Position numbers and translations under genes: made by a program. A DNA stretch of 63,396 bases, counting the filler, from Chiloscyllium plagiosum (Eukaryota): the NCBI RefSeq assembly GCF_004010195.1. It is 5 parts of one record of this genome, joined end to end, with 100 filler letters (N's around TTAATTAATTAA, not from the genome) between each part and the next. Parts side by side here need not be neighbours in the genome. Positions count along the whole stretch, not along the records: positions 1 to 25,824 come from NC_057716.1; 4 more parts are not named here. The stretch is one strand, 5' to 3'. The notes below the pieces were generated by a model that made no database searches, was not told the DNA's origin, and was given only the letters and a program-made list of their open reading frames with translations. Within the stretch, counting starts at the first letter, position 1. Every line of letters begins with the position of its first letter. Positions 1 to 12,834 of this stretch are shown here, one piece after another.

Positions 1-389
1 TGAGACAATGGATAGATCAGCCATGATCCTAATGAATGACTTTTACACTGAAACTATAATTCTGCATTTACCATGGCTCACCCACCTAACCTGCACATCC
101 CTGGACACTATGGGCAATTTAACATGGCTAATCCAAGTCATGGGCAGTGAGTAATGTAGTGATGTGGAAAGTGAACATCAGAGAATGATAGAAAGGGACG
201 AGGAGAGTAAATGTACCAGCACTCAAAACTGGATTCTAAAGATCACAAAAATTGAAACTAAAAACGGTGTCTGAACGTGTGCTGCATTGTAACAAAAGTG
301 AATGAATTGACTGCACACACTGAAGAGAATAATTATGATCTGAGACTCCTTAGAGGTATGGCTTCAGGATTACACGGATTGGATCCTCA

Positions 390-659
390 ATATCAAGAGG
401 GTAGTCAAATGGGAAGCTAGGTAATTTAAGATGAAGGGTGGAAGGTATAGGAGGGATGTCAGGGGTAGATTCTTTACCCAGAGAGTGGGGGCATGGAATC
501 CGCTGCCTGTGGGAGTGGCAGAGTCAGAATCATTGGTGACCTTTAAGCGGCAATTGGATAGGTACATGGATGGGTGCTTAAGCTAGGATAAATGTTCAGC
601 ACAACATCGTGGGCCGAAGGGCCTGTTCTGTGCTGTATTGTTCTATGTTCTATGTTCTA
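390..659 (+). mobile_element. CR1 LINE 3' fragment
   Basis: ORF2 C-terminal-like sequence (GRFFTQRV), CR1-type 3'UTR 'gggccgaagggcctgttctgtgctgta' and (ttctatg)n tail. Confidence 0.85.
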
Positions 660-1186
660 AACCCACCAACACACTAAAACAGTAGCTAATGAACTTGAAA
701 GACCCAATACAGACAACAAGCAAAATTAATGTCATTTATAATATACCTTGCAAGAAACATAACAAACACTACATTGGACAAACAGGCAGAAAACGAGCCA
801 CCAGGATATACGAACATCAACTAGCCACAAAAAGACATGACCCTCTCTCACTAGTATCCTTACATATGGATGAGGAAGAACACCACTTCGACTGGGACAA
901 CACATTCATCCCAGGGCAAGCCAAACAGAGACACACACGAGAATTCCTAGAAGCATGGCATTCCAACCAGAACCCTGTCAATAAACACATTGACTTGGAT
1001 CCTATTTACCACCCCCTGAGAAAAAGAACAGGAAATAACATCACCATAGGAAATGGCATCACCACAGGAAATGACATCACCAACCCAGAGAAACCCAAAC
1101 ATATAAATAGAAAGCAGGCCATGCCACCAGTGCTTCATCCGGAGGCTGACTGAAGATATTATCTAGTATGGTGATGAAATGTCTTA
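660..1186 (+). mobile_element. Penelope-like retroelement 3' part: GIY-YIG endonuclease and terminal repeat
   Basis: ORF 689-1153 has VIYNIPC..HYIGQTGR...R..EH and E.LEAWHS motifs of the Penelope GIY-YIG domain; near-identical tail at 56110-56457. Confidence 0.9.
1146..1186 (+). ncRNA. Degenerate minimal hammerhead ribozyme motif in PLE tail
   Basis: CTGAAGA 1150-1156, stem attatc/ggtgat (with wobbles), GAAA 1176-1179, TGTC. Confidence 0.6.
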
Positions 1187-1649
1187 AATGCTACCTGGTT
1201 CACTAATGTTGTTTAGGGAAGGAAACTGCCATCCTTACCTGGTCTGGTTTACATATGACTCCAGACCCACAGCAATGTGGTTGACTCCCACCTGCCCGCT
1301 GGATAATAAATGTTGGCTTTGCCTGCAACACCCTCAGCCTTTGAATGAAGAAAAACAGATGCATATCAATATTGTTGAACCTTAACTGCCCTCTGAGATG
1401 ACCAAGGAAGCCTCTGAGTTGGATCAAACCTCTGCAGGAGAAAGTATTGCAGGTGTACGTGTATAGTGAGGGCTATATGTTTCAAGATGGCAGCTCACCA
1501 CCTACTCAAGAACAATGAGCAGTGGACAATAAATTCTGGCCTTCCCAGCAAGGCTCATTCCCAAGAGTAAATAGAACAGCAACAGTCGCAGGACCGCTGG
1601 TACCCAAACGAAAGGTTGTCACCTCCAAGGTAATTCACTTATTTACTCC

Positions 1650-2450
1650 AAAGAGAATGGAGTCTAAAAGTACTGAGATTTTCCTCAAAACAATTCAAGA
1701 CATTAGTGAGATCACAGCTGGAATACTCTGAACAGTTTTGGTCCCCTCATCTAGGTAAAGATGTACTAGCATTGGAGGCAGTCCAGAGAAAGTTCACCCA
1801 GCTGATACCTGATGTCAGGGGCTATCTGTGAATAGATTGAACAAGATGTGAAGGAGCCAGTGTTGGACTGGGGTGGACAAAGTTAAAAATCACACAACAC
1901 CAGGTTACAGTCTAACAGGTTTATTTGGAAGCACACTAGCTTTCGGAACACTGCTCCAAAAGCTAGTGCTTCCAAATAAACCTGTTGGACTATAACCTGG
2001 TGTTGTGTGATTTTTAGATTGAGCATGTAATCATTGGAATAAGCATAATCGGAGGCAACCTTATGGAAACACAAAAGATTGTTAGGTGATTAACAGGGTA
2101 GATGTGGAAAATTTGATTCATCGTTTTGTACACTCTAGGGTCAAAGGGCATTGTGACAGAATAAGAGTTTACCCATTTAAGACAGAGATGAGGAGGATTT
2201 TTTTCTCTAAAAGTGTAATGAATCGGTGGAGTTCTTTACCAGACAGGGCTGTTGAGGCTGGGTCATTAAGTACATTTGAGGCTGAGGTAGACAGAGATTT
2301 AATCAGTAAGGGAATTAAGGCTGATGAGGAAAAGGCAAGAGAGTAGAGTTGAGGATTATCTCATCAGCCATCATCTCATTGAATGGCGGATTGGAGTCAA
2401 TGGGCTGAATGGTCTATATTTATTGCTATATTTATGGCCTTATGCTCTTA
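1650..2450 (+). mobile_element. Old CR1 3' portion, interrupted by a fold-back insertion
   Basis: ORF 2086-2346 resembles CR1 ORF2 C-terminus (FKTEMRR.FF....N.W.SLP..AVEA); CR1 3'UTR. Confidence 0.8.
1841..2014. mobile_element. Fold-back PLE-derived element, family B (centre collapsed)
   Basis: ~57-bp inverted arms (about 1884-1942 and 1958-2015); TSD tagattga at 1833-1840 and 2015-2022; same family at 42843 and 52525. Confidence 0.85.
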
Positions 2451-2748
2451 TCAGTTAAGGACAACATTGATGTCCTCCTCAGGTGCACTTACCCCAGGAT
2501 ATCCTCAGGTCTTCGTCTGTAAATCCACATTCCTTTCTTATCTTCAGGTACATACTTGTGTGACAGTGCTGAGAACCAACCCAAATCATATGGGCCTATA
2601 ATCTATCACTCTGTTACTGGTAACTGTGTCTTTAGCTGTCAATGTCCCCAGCTCTGAAATTGCCTGTATGTGGCGATGTATTGATTACAAGTATATGGGT
2701 TTATGATGGAACTGGATATAACATAAGTCGACCATAGCTGGAGTACTG

Positions 2749-2857
2749 AGTTGAGAGTGTGGTGCTGGAATAAGCACAGCAGGTCAGGCAGCATCCAAGG
2801 AGCAGGAGAATTGACATTTCGGATGTAAGCCCTTCACCAGGAATGAGCATGAGTACT
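2749..2857 (-). mobile_element. Short PLE-derived element, family A, inserted in a CR1 remnant
   Basis: Family A consensus match; TSD gctggagtactg at 2737-2748 and 2858-2869; decayed hammerhead core. Confidence 0.8.
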
Positions 2858-4431
2858 GCTGGAGTACTGTGAGAGTTCAGGCCACCACTCCACAGGAAGG
2901 AAGTGATTGCATGAGAGAGAAGATTCCATAGCACATTGCCTGGAATGGAGTGTTTCAATTATGAAAACAGAGTGATAGCCTGGGATTGTTCTCTGTAGAG
3001 CAGCGATGGCTGAGGTGGGGAGGCAGGAGAATATGATTGAGCTGTACAAGAGTGTGATGGGCATAGACCAGGTACATAGGAAGAGACGTTTTCCTTAAGC
3101 AGCATTCATAGTTTTAAAGTTAAGGGCTAGAGGTTTAAAGGGGATTTAAGGAAGAATGTTTTCACTGGTGTTGGGGAACAGGGGATCTGGAACTCACTGC
3201 TGAAAGTGTAGTAGAGGCACCAGCTATCACAACATTTAAACATTATTTAGTAGTGTATTTGTTACACTGTCATATACAATGCCACTACTAAGTGCTGGAA
3301 AATGGGAGTAGAATAGATAGATTCTCAATGGCCAGCATGGACTTGATGGACCAAATGGCCTCATATTTTTTTTCCCTCAACTTCTCCATCTCTCTAAGCC
3401 TGTCTATCTCTCCCTCTCTTTCTCTCTCATCTTTTGAGACACTCCCAAAAGCAGACCATTTTACATAAGTTTTTGATCAAATATCCCAATGGGGTAATAG
3501 GGGTTTGTTGGCCTTGAATCTTAGTTGCTAGTTCTCCTGAGAAACATAGCAGCTCCAGTTAATAGCGCTCCCTAAATGAATGGCGTTGTCTTTGCATCAT
3601 CACACCCAAAGTCGATGAGCTACAAGCTCTCTTTCACTGAGATTACTTTTCTCCAATGTCAGAGCTCAATATTCTGAGAGCTCCCACTTTATTCTTTCAG
3701 CCACTATTTTTAAATCCCATTATTTTCTGCAAGAGCTGAGTCTCAGAGCAGCATGTTGTTAATTTACACACGATATAATAAGAAAATAAGGCATAAGACC
3801 AGAAATAGGTCTTCTCGCCCTCGGGCCTGCTGTCTGTCATCCAGTAAGGTGTTGGATGATCTACTCAAACCTAGCTCCATTTTCCACCTGAAACTACATT
3901 CACCCACTGACCAAAGAGCCTATCCATCTCCGTCTTCAATACAATTACCAGCTGAGCTTTGGTGGCCCCCAGGGGTTAAAAAACTCTAAAGGTTCACAAC
4001 CCTCTGAGTGGAGAAATGTCTCGAATCAGTCCAGTGTGAAACACAGACTCTGACGGGACCTTGATACAGGGAGGCCAGCCCTGTGATTGGAGTGCTGAGA
4101 CTGTGGTACAGTCTTGGTCGGATTCAAAGAAATATATGCAAGATTAAAAAAAAGTATTGATATAGCACCTTTCATGATTTAATGGAATTTCACAGAATCA
4201 TAGAAAATAGTAGGCCACTTGGCTCTTCAAGCCTTCCCCACCATTCTTAGAATTGTGTACAGTGAAACTTTTACAAGTCCTCACTTTTGGTGCCATCTTA
4301 GGTATTAAGATATCTAGGTACAGTATCTAGAATGGTACCATTCCTGAGTACCACTCAGTGCGATCATGGCCAATGATCCAATTAGCTTCCTGCTTTCTTC
4401 CCTTGATCACTTTATCGCTAAGAACTATGTA

Positions 4432-4805
4432 GAGTCATTGAGTCATAGAGATGTACAGCACAGAAACAGACCCTTCAGTCCAACTCATCCATGCCGACCA
4501 GATATCCTAACCTAACCTAGTCCCACTTGTCAGCACCCAGCCCATATCCCTCTAACCCTTCCTGTTCATATACCCATCCAGATGCCTTTTAAATATTGTA
4601 GTTGTACCAGCCTCCACCACATCCTCTGGCAGGTCATTCGACACATGCACCATCCTCTGCGCGAGAAAGTTGCCTAGAAGGTCTTTTTTTAACCTTTCCC
4701 CCTCATCCTAAACCTATGCCCTCTAGTTTTGGACTCCCCCACCCCAGGGAAAATACCTTGTCTATTTACCCTATCCATGCCCCTCATGATTTTATAAATC
4801 TCTAT
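4432..4805 (-). mobile_element. CR1 3' fragment
   Basis: Reverse complement of the CR1 end seen at 40375-40795, including the (ctatga)-type tail. Confidence 0.85.
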
Positions 4806-4914
4806 CTAAAAGCCAATGAAGTACTTTTGAAATGTATTCACTAATGCAGCATAGGAATACATATAACAATAAATGCTGCTCCAGTTACTGTGATGTTTTT
4901 TTAAAAAACTAATT

Positions 4915-5298
4915 TCCTAACCTTATAGAAGTTTATAAACTCATTAGGGGCATGGATAGGGTAAATCAACAAGGCCTTTTCCCTGGGATGAGGAACTGGA
5001 ACTAGAGGGCATAGGTCTAGGATGAGAGGGGAAAGATTTAAAAGGGTCTAAGGGGAAACATTTTCACGTAGAGGATGGTGCGTGTATGGAATAAGCTGCC
5101 AGAGGAAGTGATGAAGGCTGGTACAATTACAACATTTAAAAGGCATCTGGATGGATATAGTTTAGGGGTTTAGGGGTTTTGAGGGATATGGGCCAATTAC
5201 TAGCAAATGGGACGACATTAATTTAGGATATCTGGTCGGCATGGACGAGTTGGGATCGAAAGATCTGTTTCCGTGCTGTACATCTCTATGACTCTATA
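4915..5298 (+). mobile_element. CR1 3' fragment nested in a DeuSINE-like remnant
   Basis: CR1 ORF2 end and 3'UTR; flanks at 4810-4860 and 5300-5530 are parts of one older minus-strand SINE. Confidence 0.8.
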
Positions 5299-5299
5299 A

Positions 5300-5530
5300 C
5301 AGCAACTCCCATGAGCTGAAATGTGACAAAGCCAAGAAAATCTGTTTTTCTAATGTTGGTAGAAGGATAAATATTGATCAGGACATGAGAGAGTTCTGTT
5401 GCTTTTTCTTCAAAATGGCATGAGATCTTTCAGGCTTACCTGAGAGAGCCAACTGGAATATTGGTTTAACCCCTCAACGGAAAGACAGCACCCACAACAG
5501 TGCAGTGCAACACTCCTTCAGTACTGCGCT
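5300..5530 (-). mobile_element. DeuSINE-like (SacSINE1-like) remnant
   Basis: Reverse strand reads 'aaagatctcatgcca..ttttgaagaa....aatatttatcc', the Deu-domain pattern; related copies at 16720-17310, 37120-37270, 45425-45700 and 46730-47110. Confidence 0.6.
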
Positions 5531-5532
5531 AG

Positions 5533-5850
5533 AGATTTAGATTAGATTACTTACAGTGTGGAAACATGCCCTTCGGCCCAACAAGTCCACACCAACTCTC
5601 CAAAGAGCAACTCACCCAGACTCATTCCCTACATTTACCCCTTCACCAAGCACTATGGACAATTTAGCATGGCCAATTCACCAAACCTGCACATTTTTGG
5701 ACTGTGGGAGGAAACCAGAGCGCCCAGAGGAAACCCACACAGACACGGGGAGAATGCACAAACTCCACACAGTCAGTTGCCTGAGGTGGGAATTAAACCC
5801 AGGTCTCTGGAACTGTGAGGCAGCAGTGCTAACCAACGTGCCACCATGCC
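5533..5850 (-). mobile_element. HE1/V-SINE-like tRNA-derived SINE
   Basis: tRNA-like head (ggcacgttggttagcactgctgcctcacag...ggtttaattcc), V-domain 'gtgtgggtttcctc', CR1-like tail and (tctaa)n. Confidence 0.85.
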
Positions 5851-6585
5851 ATTTAGCCTGAATGGAACCCACTGGACATCTTTTCCCTCAAGATTATTGA
5901 CACTCCTGGAAATTATGAATACTATAAGTTTTTAAGGTAAGGAGAGAGAGAGAGAACCAGAGTAAGAAAGATTAGTATTTTAAAAGTACAAAAAGCTTCA
6001 GAATTCATTTAAGTAAAGGTTATAAATATTTCACATGTTCATATTCCTGTGCCATTGTAATGGAGTTCTTAAGCAAGTCAGTCTATTGTGTTAATGCCAA
6101 AAAAACATCATTTTATAGCACTAAGCAGTTAAAAGCTGATCTTTGGATGGCAGGGTTGAAAGGGGAGACTGAGCCAAGCTATCAATCAATACGATGCAGC
6201 AGTTATTGATTGAAAAGGAAAGGAATTGAAAACTAACTGCTCAAACTGTAAATGTTCACAGTTGTGTTATAAATTGTTAATTTCGTTTCATTCGACATTG
6301 CTACAACTAAGACCTGATCACTGGTATGTAAACTCCAAACAGAGTATATGATGGCATCCATCATTCTACATTTCTTCCTCATTACTGATCATAAAGCTAA
6401 CTGGTAGATGTGCAAATGTAGCCACCCACACTTTACCCTCTGCACCAGTTTTGACAAAGGTCTCAATGGAAAGAGCTCAGTAGTGCTCTTCAAAGTACAC
6501 TACCTATGTATTAAGTGGTCAGCCAGCATCACTCTTGACTGTAGCTTCTTGTGTTTTCCCATAATTTCTCCTCAGATCTAAGTAT

Positions 6586-6747
6586 TCTCTTCTCAAAAAC
6601 AACTGCACATAGATTTTGGCGCCCGCTACAGGTAAGTAATTTTGAAAAAAACTCTTACCTTAGCTGTAGTCTCCCGGGTTCACCTCAACTCGGCCGCTGC
6701 TCCCACTCAAAATCTCTTCTCAAAAACAACTGCACATAGATTTTGGC
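6586..6747. repeat. Perfect 35-bp direct repeat flanking a 92-bp CpG-containing insert
   Basis: tctcttctcaaaaacaactgcacatagattttggc at 6586-6620 and 6713-6747. Confidence 0.9.
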
Positions 6748-6940
6748 AGTCAATGATATAATTAAAGTTAGTTAGGTAATTAAATCCTCTAAGTAACTCA
6801 TTGGCACTCAATCTCCATCTCCTCTTCCAACTCTTCCGCCTCCCCCCACCACTCCCACTCCCCACCCCCACCCTTTCCAGACTCATCGATTGAAGTTACA
6901 CATCAAAGTCTTTGTACAATATCCCAAGGGCTGTAGGCAA

Positions 6941-7080
6941 GATTAGAGTGGTGCTGGAAAAGCACAACAGGTCAGGCAGCATCCGAGAAGCAGGAGAATC
7001 AATGTTTCAGGCAAAAGCCCTTCATCAGGAATTCTAATCTTGACTCTAATCTCCAGCATCTGCAGTACCCACTTTCGCTC
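6941..7080 (-). mobile_element. Family A PLE-derived element with hammerhead core and short inverted tail
   Basis: Minus strand CTGATGA-A-GGGC-TTTT-GCCT-GAAA-CATT; degenerate TSD cccaag(g/a)gct(g/a)tag. Confidence 0.8.
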
Positions 7081-7729
7081 CCAAGAGCTATAGTCTACAA
7101 AGCATCTAATATTACTCCTTATATGTTGAAGAGGGCTTTTAGGCCTAGCAGTCAAAGGTTTTTCCTTGTCTGTAACAAATCGTTAATTATTTTCTTTGTT
7201 TCTCATCCTGTTGATTTAAAAAAGCAATTGGTGTGATAATTGCTCAGTAAAGTTGATGCAGGAGACTTTTTTTGGATATTCAGCATTAATAGGCTTGTTT
7301 TCCTTTGACAACAAAGGTAAGAGAGTGGAGTCATAGACTCAACAGGATGCACCAGTGGAAATTTTCAACTAGAAGTCTTCAGTTCTAATTGATGTTACCT
7401 GGGCAGTTCCAACTGGCTCAGAATTCCAATCGAGATTCCCAGTTTTGCAATGGCACCTACATTTCCCATCTGACCCCGACAGAATCTAGTTCAAAATAAG
7501 AGTTGGCTTGCTCATTAGTTCAACTGGGATCATTAGCCACTTGGAATGCTTTGACTGAAAGCAAATTAAACCAACTGGTCCAACGTGCAAATGTGAAGTC
7601 ATGCCAGGGACACCAGTTTCTGGTCTGACTTGTCAGTTATATTAAAGACAGCAGTACACCAGTGAATTCCAATTCTGAAACTCTCTCTTTTCTCGAATTT
7701 AGAAGAATGAAAGTTGATCTTATTGAAAC

Positions 7730-8925
7730 TTTTAAGGTTCTGAGGGGTCTGTGCACACTGAGAAATCATCACATTTGGCTGAAGAGCAGAGAACAAGGGA
7801 GCATGATCTGAAAACAAGGCATTGATGGGTGGAATGGGGAAGGGGATGGGGGGGGAGGCATTGGGGAGCAGACAAATTGAGGTGACCAATGTCACGTCGA
7901 CAGTTCCAGATGAACAGATCGAGTACAGGTAAACAGCCAGAGGGAGGGGTCCAGGCAGATGGAGATCGTTGGAGGCAAGTGAAAGGGTCTGTGGGAAGTG
8001 GAAAAGACTCCTGTCCAAAGAAATGGGCAAAGAGGTGAAGGCAGTGGAAGAAAAGTTCAACATCATGTTCTGCCCAAAATTCATACAGGTTCACACAGAG
8101 GGATAAAACTGAGACCTTTGCTGAAGACAGAACGCTCAGCATCAGAGAGTGGAAGGTCAGATGGGAAAGTGAAAACACAAGAGGTAGGGTTGGGAGAGGC
8201 AATCCAGTCAGAGTGAAGAGGAAGGGAGGAAAGTTCCAGAGGGCCATCTCCCATAGTTCAGCCCTCCCCCACCACTCCCTTCCCTTCCACAACAGGGATC
8301 AGATCTCCATAGTCCTCACCTACCATCCCACCAAGATCCACTTTCAGAGAATCATTAGCCGTCATTTCCGCCACCTTCAATGGGATGTCACTGAGTGATC
8401 GCTACTCTCTGTCCACGAAGAAGGCCCTGAAGCTTCTAGTTGCCTGCCATTTTCACATGTCACTTTGTTCCCTGGCTAACATCTCTGTCTCAGGCTTGTT
8501 GCAGTGCTCCAGTGAAGCTCAGTGCAAGCTGGAAGAACAGCACCTCATTTTTGAATCAGGAACTCTACAACACTACCTTTTAAGTTCACCAACTTTAGGG
8601 CTGGAGGTACCTTCTCCCATGTCCTTATCCCAACCCCCATACACCAGGCCTTGTTACCACATGGGCTGCGTTGTTAGCCAGTAATAGTCCCCATTAACAA
8701 CTATTCATTCTCCCAGGCTGACCATTATCCACTCTTTTGTCTGTCCAACTGTTCCCTCTCTTTGATTGCTATTTCTATTTATCAGTTACTCCTTACCCCC
8801 TCCCCACACGCTACCTTCTGCATAAAAAACACATTTTTCCCGAGCTACCATCTATTCTGATACCTTGATATCTCTCTGTAGATGCTGCCAGACGTGCTGA
8901 GCTTTTCCTGCGATTGTTAGTTTTG
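7730..8925. mobile_element. Rearranged Neptune-type Penelope-like element (inverted 5' part plus deleted 3' part)
   Basis: Minus 7730-8270 encodes PLE N-terminal motifs (LSDAERSV.SKGL.F.P; DLFIWNCRRDI). Plus 8270-8600 encodes IVLTYHPT..FQRII.RHFRHLQ and KLEEQHLIF..GTLQ. Tail 'gatgctgccagac.tgctgagcttttcc'. Confidence 0.8.
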
Positions 8926-9039
8926 TTACAGGAAATGACAGAGTCAATAAAGATACATTAATTCCACTGGTTGGATATTCTAGAACTCGGGAGCAGAGTC
9001 GAAAAATTAAGGCCAGAACATTCAGGTAAGATGTTAGAA

Positions 9040-10250
9040 ACATAGAAACATAGAAGGTAGGAGCAGGAGGAGGCCATTCAGCCCTTCAAGCCTGCTCCAC
9101 CATTCATCACGATCATTCACCTAATCCTGTTTTCTCCCCACAACGTTTGATCCCATTCGCCCCAAGTGTTATATCTAGCCATCTCTTGAATACATTCAAT
9201 GTTTTGGCATCAACTGCATCCTGTGGTAATGAATTCCACAGACTCACCACTCTTTGAGTGAAGAAATGTCTCCTCATCTCCATCCTAAATGGTCCACCCT
9301 GAATCATCAGAGTTTGACCCCTGCTTCTGGATGCACTCACCATTGAGAACATCCTCCCTGCATCTACCTTGTTTAGCCCTGTTAGCGTTGTATAAGTCTT
9401 TATGAGCTCCCCCCTCACTGTCTGAACTCCAGTGAAAACAATCCTAGCCAAGTCAATCTCTCCTCATGTGTCAGTCCTACCATCCCCAAAATCAGGCTGG
9501 GAAACCTTTGTTGCACTCCCTCAAGAGCAACAGCATCCTTCCTCAGAAAAGGAGATCAAAACTGCACACAACATTCCAGGTGTGGCCTCACCAAGGTCCT
9601 GTATAACTGCAATGACACATACCTGCTCCTGTACTTGTAACCTCTCACAATGGAGACCAACATCCCATTTGCCTTCTTTACCACCTGCTGCACCTGCATG
9701 CTTACCGTCAGCGACTGGTGCACCAGGACACCCAGGTCCCACTGCACACTCCCCTCTCCCAATCTACACCATTCAGGTAGTAACCTGCCTTCTTGTTTTT
9801 GCTTCCAAAGTGAATAACCTCACATTTATCCATATTACATTCTATCAGACATTGATTTGCACACTCACCCAACCTGTCCAGATCATGCTGAAGGATCTTT
9901 GTATCCTTGTCAAAGTTCACCCTCCCATCGAACTTGGTATCATCTGCTAACTTTAAGATGTTACATTTTGTTCCCTCATCAAAATCATTAATATACATTG
10001 TGAATAGCTGAGGTCCCAACACTGATCCCTGTGGCACCCCACTCGTTACTGCCTGCCAATTTGAAAAGGATCCATTATTTCTGATTCTTTGTTTCCTCTC
10101 TGCCAACCAGTTTTCTAACCATCTCAATCCACATTCCCCCCAATTGCATGCACTTAAATCTTACATAATAACCTCGTTTGCAGGAATTTGTCAAACATAT
10201 TCTAAAAGTCCAAATGTACCACATTGATTGGCTCCCCTTGTCAACTCTAC
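9040..10250 (-). mobile_element. CR1 LINE 3' 1.2 kb (RT to tail), frameshifted
   Basis: SGVPQGSVLGP, INDFD, KLADDTK and LVRPHLECCVQF motifs in minus-strand ORFs. Confidence 0.9.
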
Positions 10251-10261
10251 TAGTTCATACA

Positions 10262-10955
10262 GGCATAGACACATAGAGATGTATAGTATGGAAACAGACC
10301 CTTCGGTCCAACTCATCCATGCCAACCAGATACCCTAACCCAATCTAGTCCTATTTGCCAGCATTTGGCTCATCTCCCTCTCAACCCTTCCTGTTCATAT
10401 ACCCATCCAGATGCCTTTTAAATGCTGTAATTGTACCAGCCTCCACCACTTCCTCTGGTAGCTCATTCCATACACACACCACCCTCTGAGTGAAAACGTT
10501 GCCCCTTAACCCCATTTGCTAAAGCTAACTCATGCCCTATTTTTGCTCTCCTGATTTTCCTCTTAAGTATGCTCCTACTGTCTTTATATTCTTCTACGGA
10601 TTATGTCGATCTCTCTTATCTATACCTGACATGTGCTTCCTTCATTTTCTTAACAAACCCTCAATTTCTCTCGTCATCCAGCATTCCTTACACCTACCAG
10701 CTTTTCCTTTCACCCTAACAGGAATGTACTTTCTCTGGACTCTCGTTTTCTTATTTCTGAAGGCTTCCCATTTTCCACAGGCTTCCCTGTGAACATCTGC
10801 CCCCAATCAGCTTTTGAAAGTTCTTGCCCAATACCATCAAAATTAGCCTTCTTCCAATTTAGAACTTCAACTTTTAGGTCTGGTCTATCCTTTCCCATCA
10901 CTATTTTAAAGCTAACAGAATTATGGTCGCTGGCCCCAAAGTGCTCCCTCACTGA
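10262..10955 (-). mobile_element. CR1 tail joined to an internal CR1 ORF2 fragment
   Basis: EHFGASDHNSVSFKI...LNWKKANF motif (end of endonuclease) and CR1 3'UTR. Confidence 0.8.
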
Positions 10956-11469
10956 CTTGATGTCCAAAGGGAGCTGGGTGTCCTTATTCATCAAAAAGGT
11001 ATGAAGTAACTGGGGTCCTAAAAGCTACCTGTAGGTCAGCAAGTAACTAGGATGGCTAATGATATGATGGCCTTCATTACAAGGGACTACAGCACAAGAG
11101 GTCTTGATGTATCTATATAGAGTCTGGTGAAACCATGCCTGCAGCCTGGAGCTTTGGTTTTCTTACTTAAGAAAAGATACACTTGCCATAGGAGTGAAAT
11201 GATGAGGTTAACCCTGGAATGGCAGGACTGCCTTAGAGATTGAAGAATTGGGTGTGTATTCTGTCGAGAGCTTCCAAGAATGAGAGATGATCTGACTGAA
11301 ACTAAGGAAGTTTTTCTTGGAAAATTGCTCAAGAACAAAGATGACTTAAATCCACTCCGGGGTTGTGGGTCCTAAAGTGACTAAACAATCCAATTTTGGA
11401 TTTTCACACCCTACCACAGGTGGGTTGGTGAATGGGACACTGAGATTGCACACTCCTTTCACAGTATAC

Positions 11470-12530
11470 ACTTGGCCTTTAACTGGGTCCATCAGAGATG
11501 TCCGAGATGGTTGGCAGCTTCATGGATGTTTCTTCTTCTGTCTGGGTGTCTTGGACAAGGATTGGACATGTTGTATGTATTCAGGGAGGTTTTGAGGATA
11601 TCCTTGAAACGTTTCCTCCACCCTCTTGGCAATCGCTTGCCATAATGCACCTTAGAGAAGCGAGCTTGTTTTGGAAGCCTCATCTAGCTGATCAACAGTA
11701 AACCTCAATACTGGCGATATTAGCCTGAGTGAGGATGCTGATATTGGAGCACCTATCCTGCCATTGGATTTTCAAAAGCATCATGGTTATATTTTGCAGG
11801 GATTTCGATGTCTGCTGTACATTTTCCAAGTCTCCAATGATACTGCTGGACAGGTAGCACTACTGTCCTGCAGACCACTAGCTTGTCAAACACTCTCTTG
11901 CGTACTGATAAAGACTGTGCTGGCATACTGGTAGCAATGTTGAATTTGATCATTGAAGTAGCCTGTTGTTAAAAAGGAGGCTTCCAAAGTATGAAAATTG
12001 ATCCAGGTTGTCCAGTAGCTTGTTGTGGAACTTGATAGTTAAAGGATAGGATCTCTCAGGAGCAAGTTGGTACAGAATAGTTTAGCCTCAGATTTATTCT
12101 CTCACACACCTCCATGAATATGTTAATGATGGATTGGAGCTTAATCTATGAATGTGCACATACACACATTGTCTCGTACTGCAATTCTTGGTGGCCTTGA
12201 TTCTGAACATGTTGAACAGCTTTCCACTTCTCCATTCTAGTGAGTCATGGATATAGAGTGGTGGGTTGTGACAAGGAAGAGAGAGAGAAAAAAAGGTGGT
12301 GTGATATTCGGCCTTGCTTGACTTAGTTTCCATATGTATTGGGTCTGTGGTGATCTGTTGGTGAGGCTCAAGGTAGGACCATGTCCACTGTGCTTCTTGC
12401 TGAACAGAATCTACATTGTGAATCCTTTGTGAGTACTTCAGCCACTGGGAAAAGATGATCAAGGAGGATTTTTGCAATGTCGCAAGCTATGACATGGTAG
12501 ATGCAGGGAGGATATTTGCTCGACCTGTTA
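11470..12530 (-). mobile_element. RTE-clade LINE remnant
   Basis: RLPKQ..FS....GKR..RG..KRFKD.LK.SL C-terminal motif, SQC.F...RSTVDMV RT motif, GKLFN..R.KA. Confidence 0.75.
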
Positions 12531-12834
12531 AGTCGAGAATCAGGTAACACATTCAGAATAAAAACCAAGATATTTAAGACTGAGATGAGATTAAACTTCT
12601 TGACTCAGTGATGATCAGCATAGAATTCCAACAGATTTGTCAAGCATGATCTTCCCCCTAGAAAACACCTCGACACACAAATGGTGGTAGATGTTTGGAA
12701 CAAGTGGCAGCTGATGCTGGATTAGTTGTTAATTTTAAATTTGAGATCAACCATTTTTTTCAGAGGGTTGGGAATTGTTGTAGTTTTCCACCATCAAGAC
12801 TATGGATCTCGCCGATGGATTTTACTCCAGGCTG

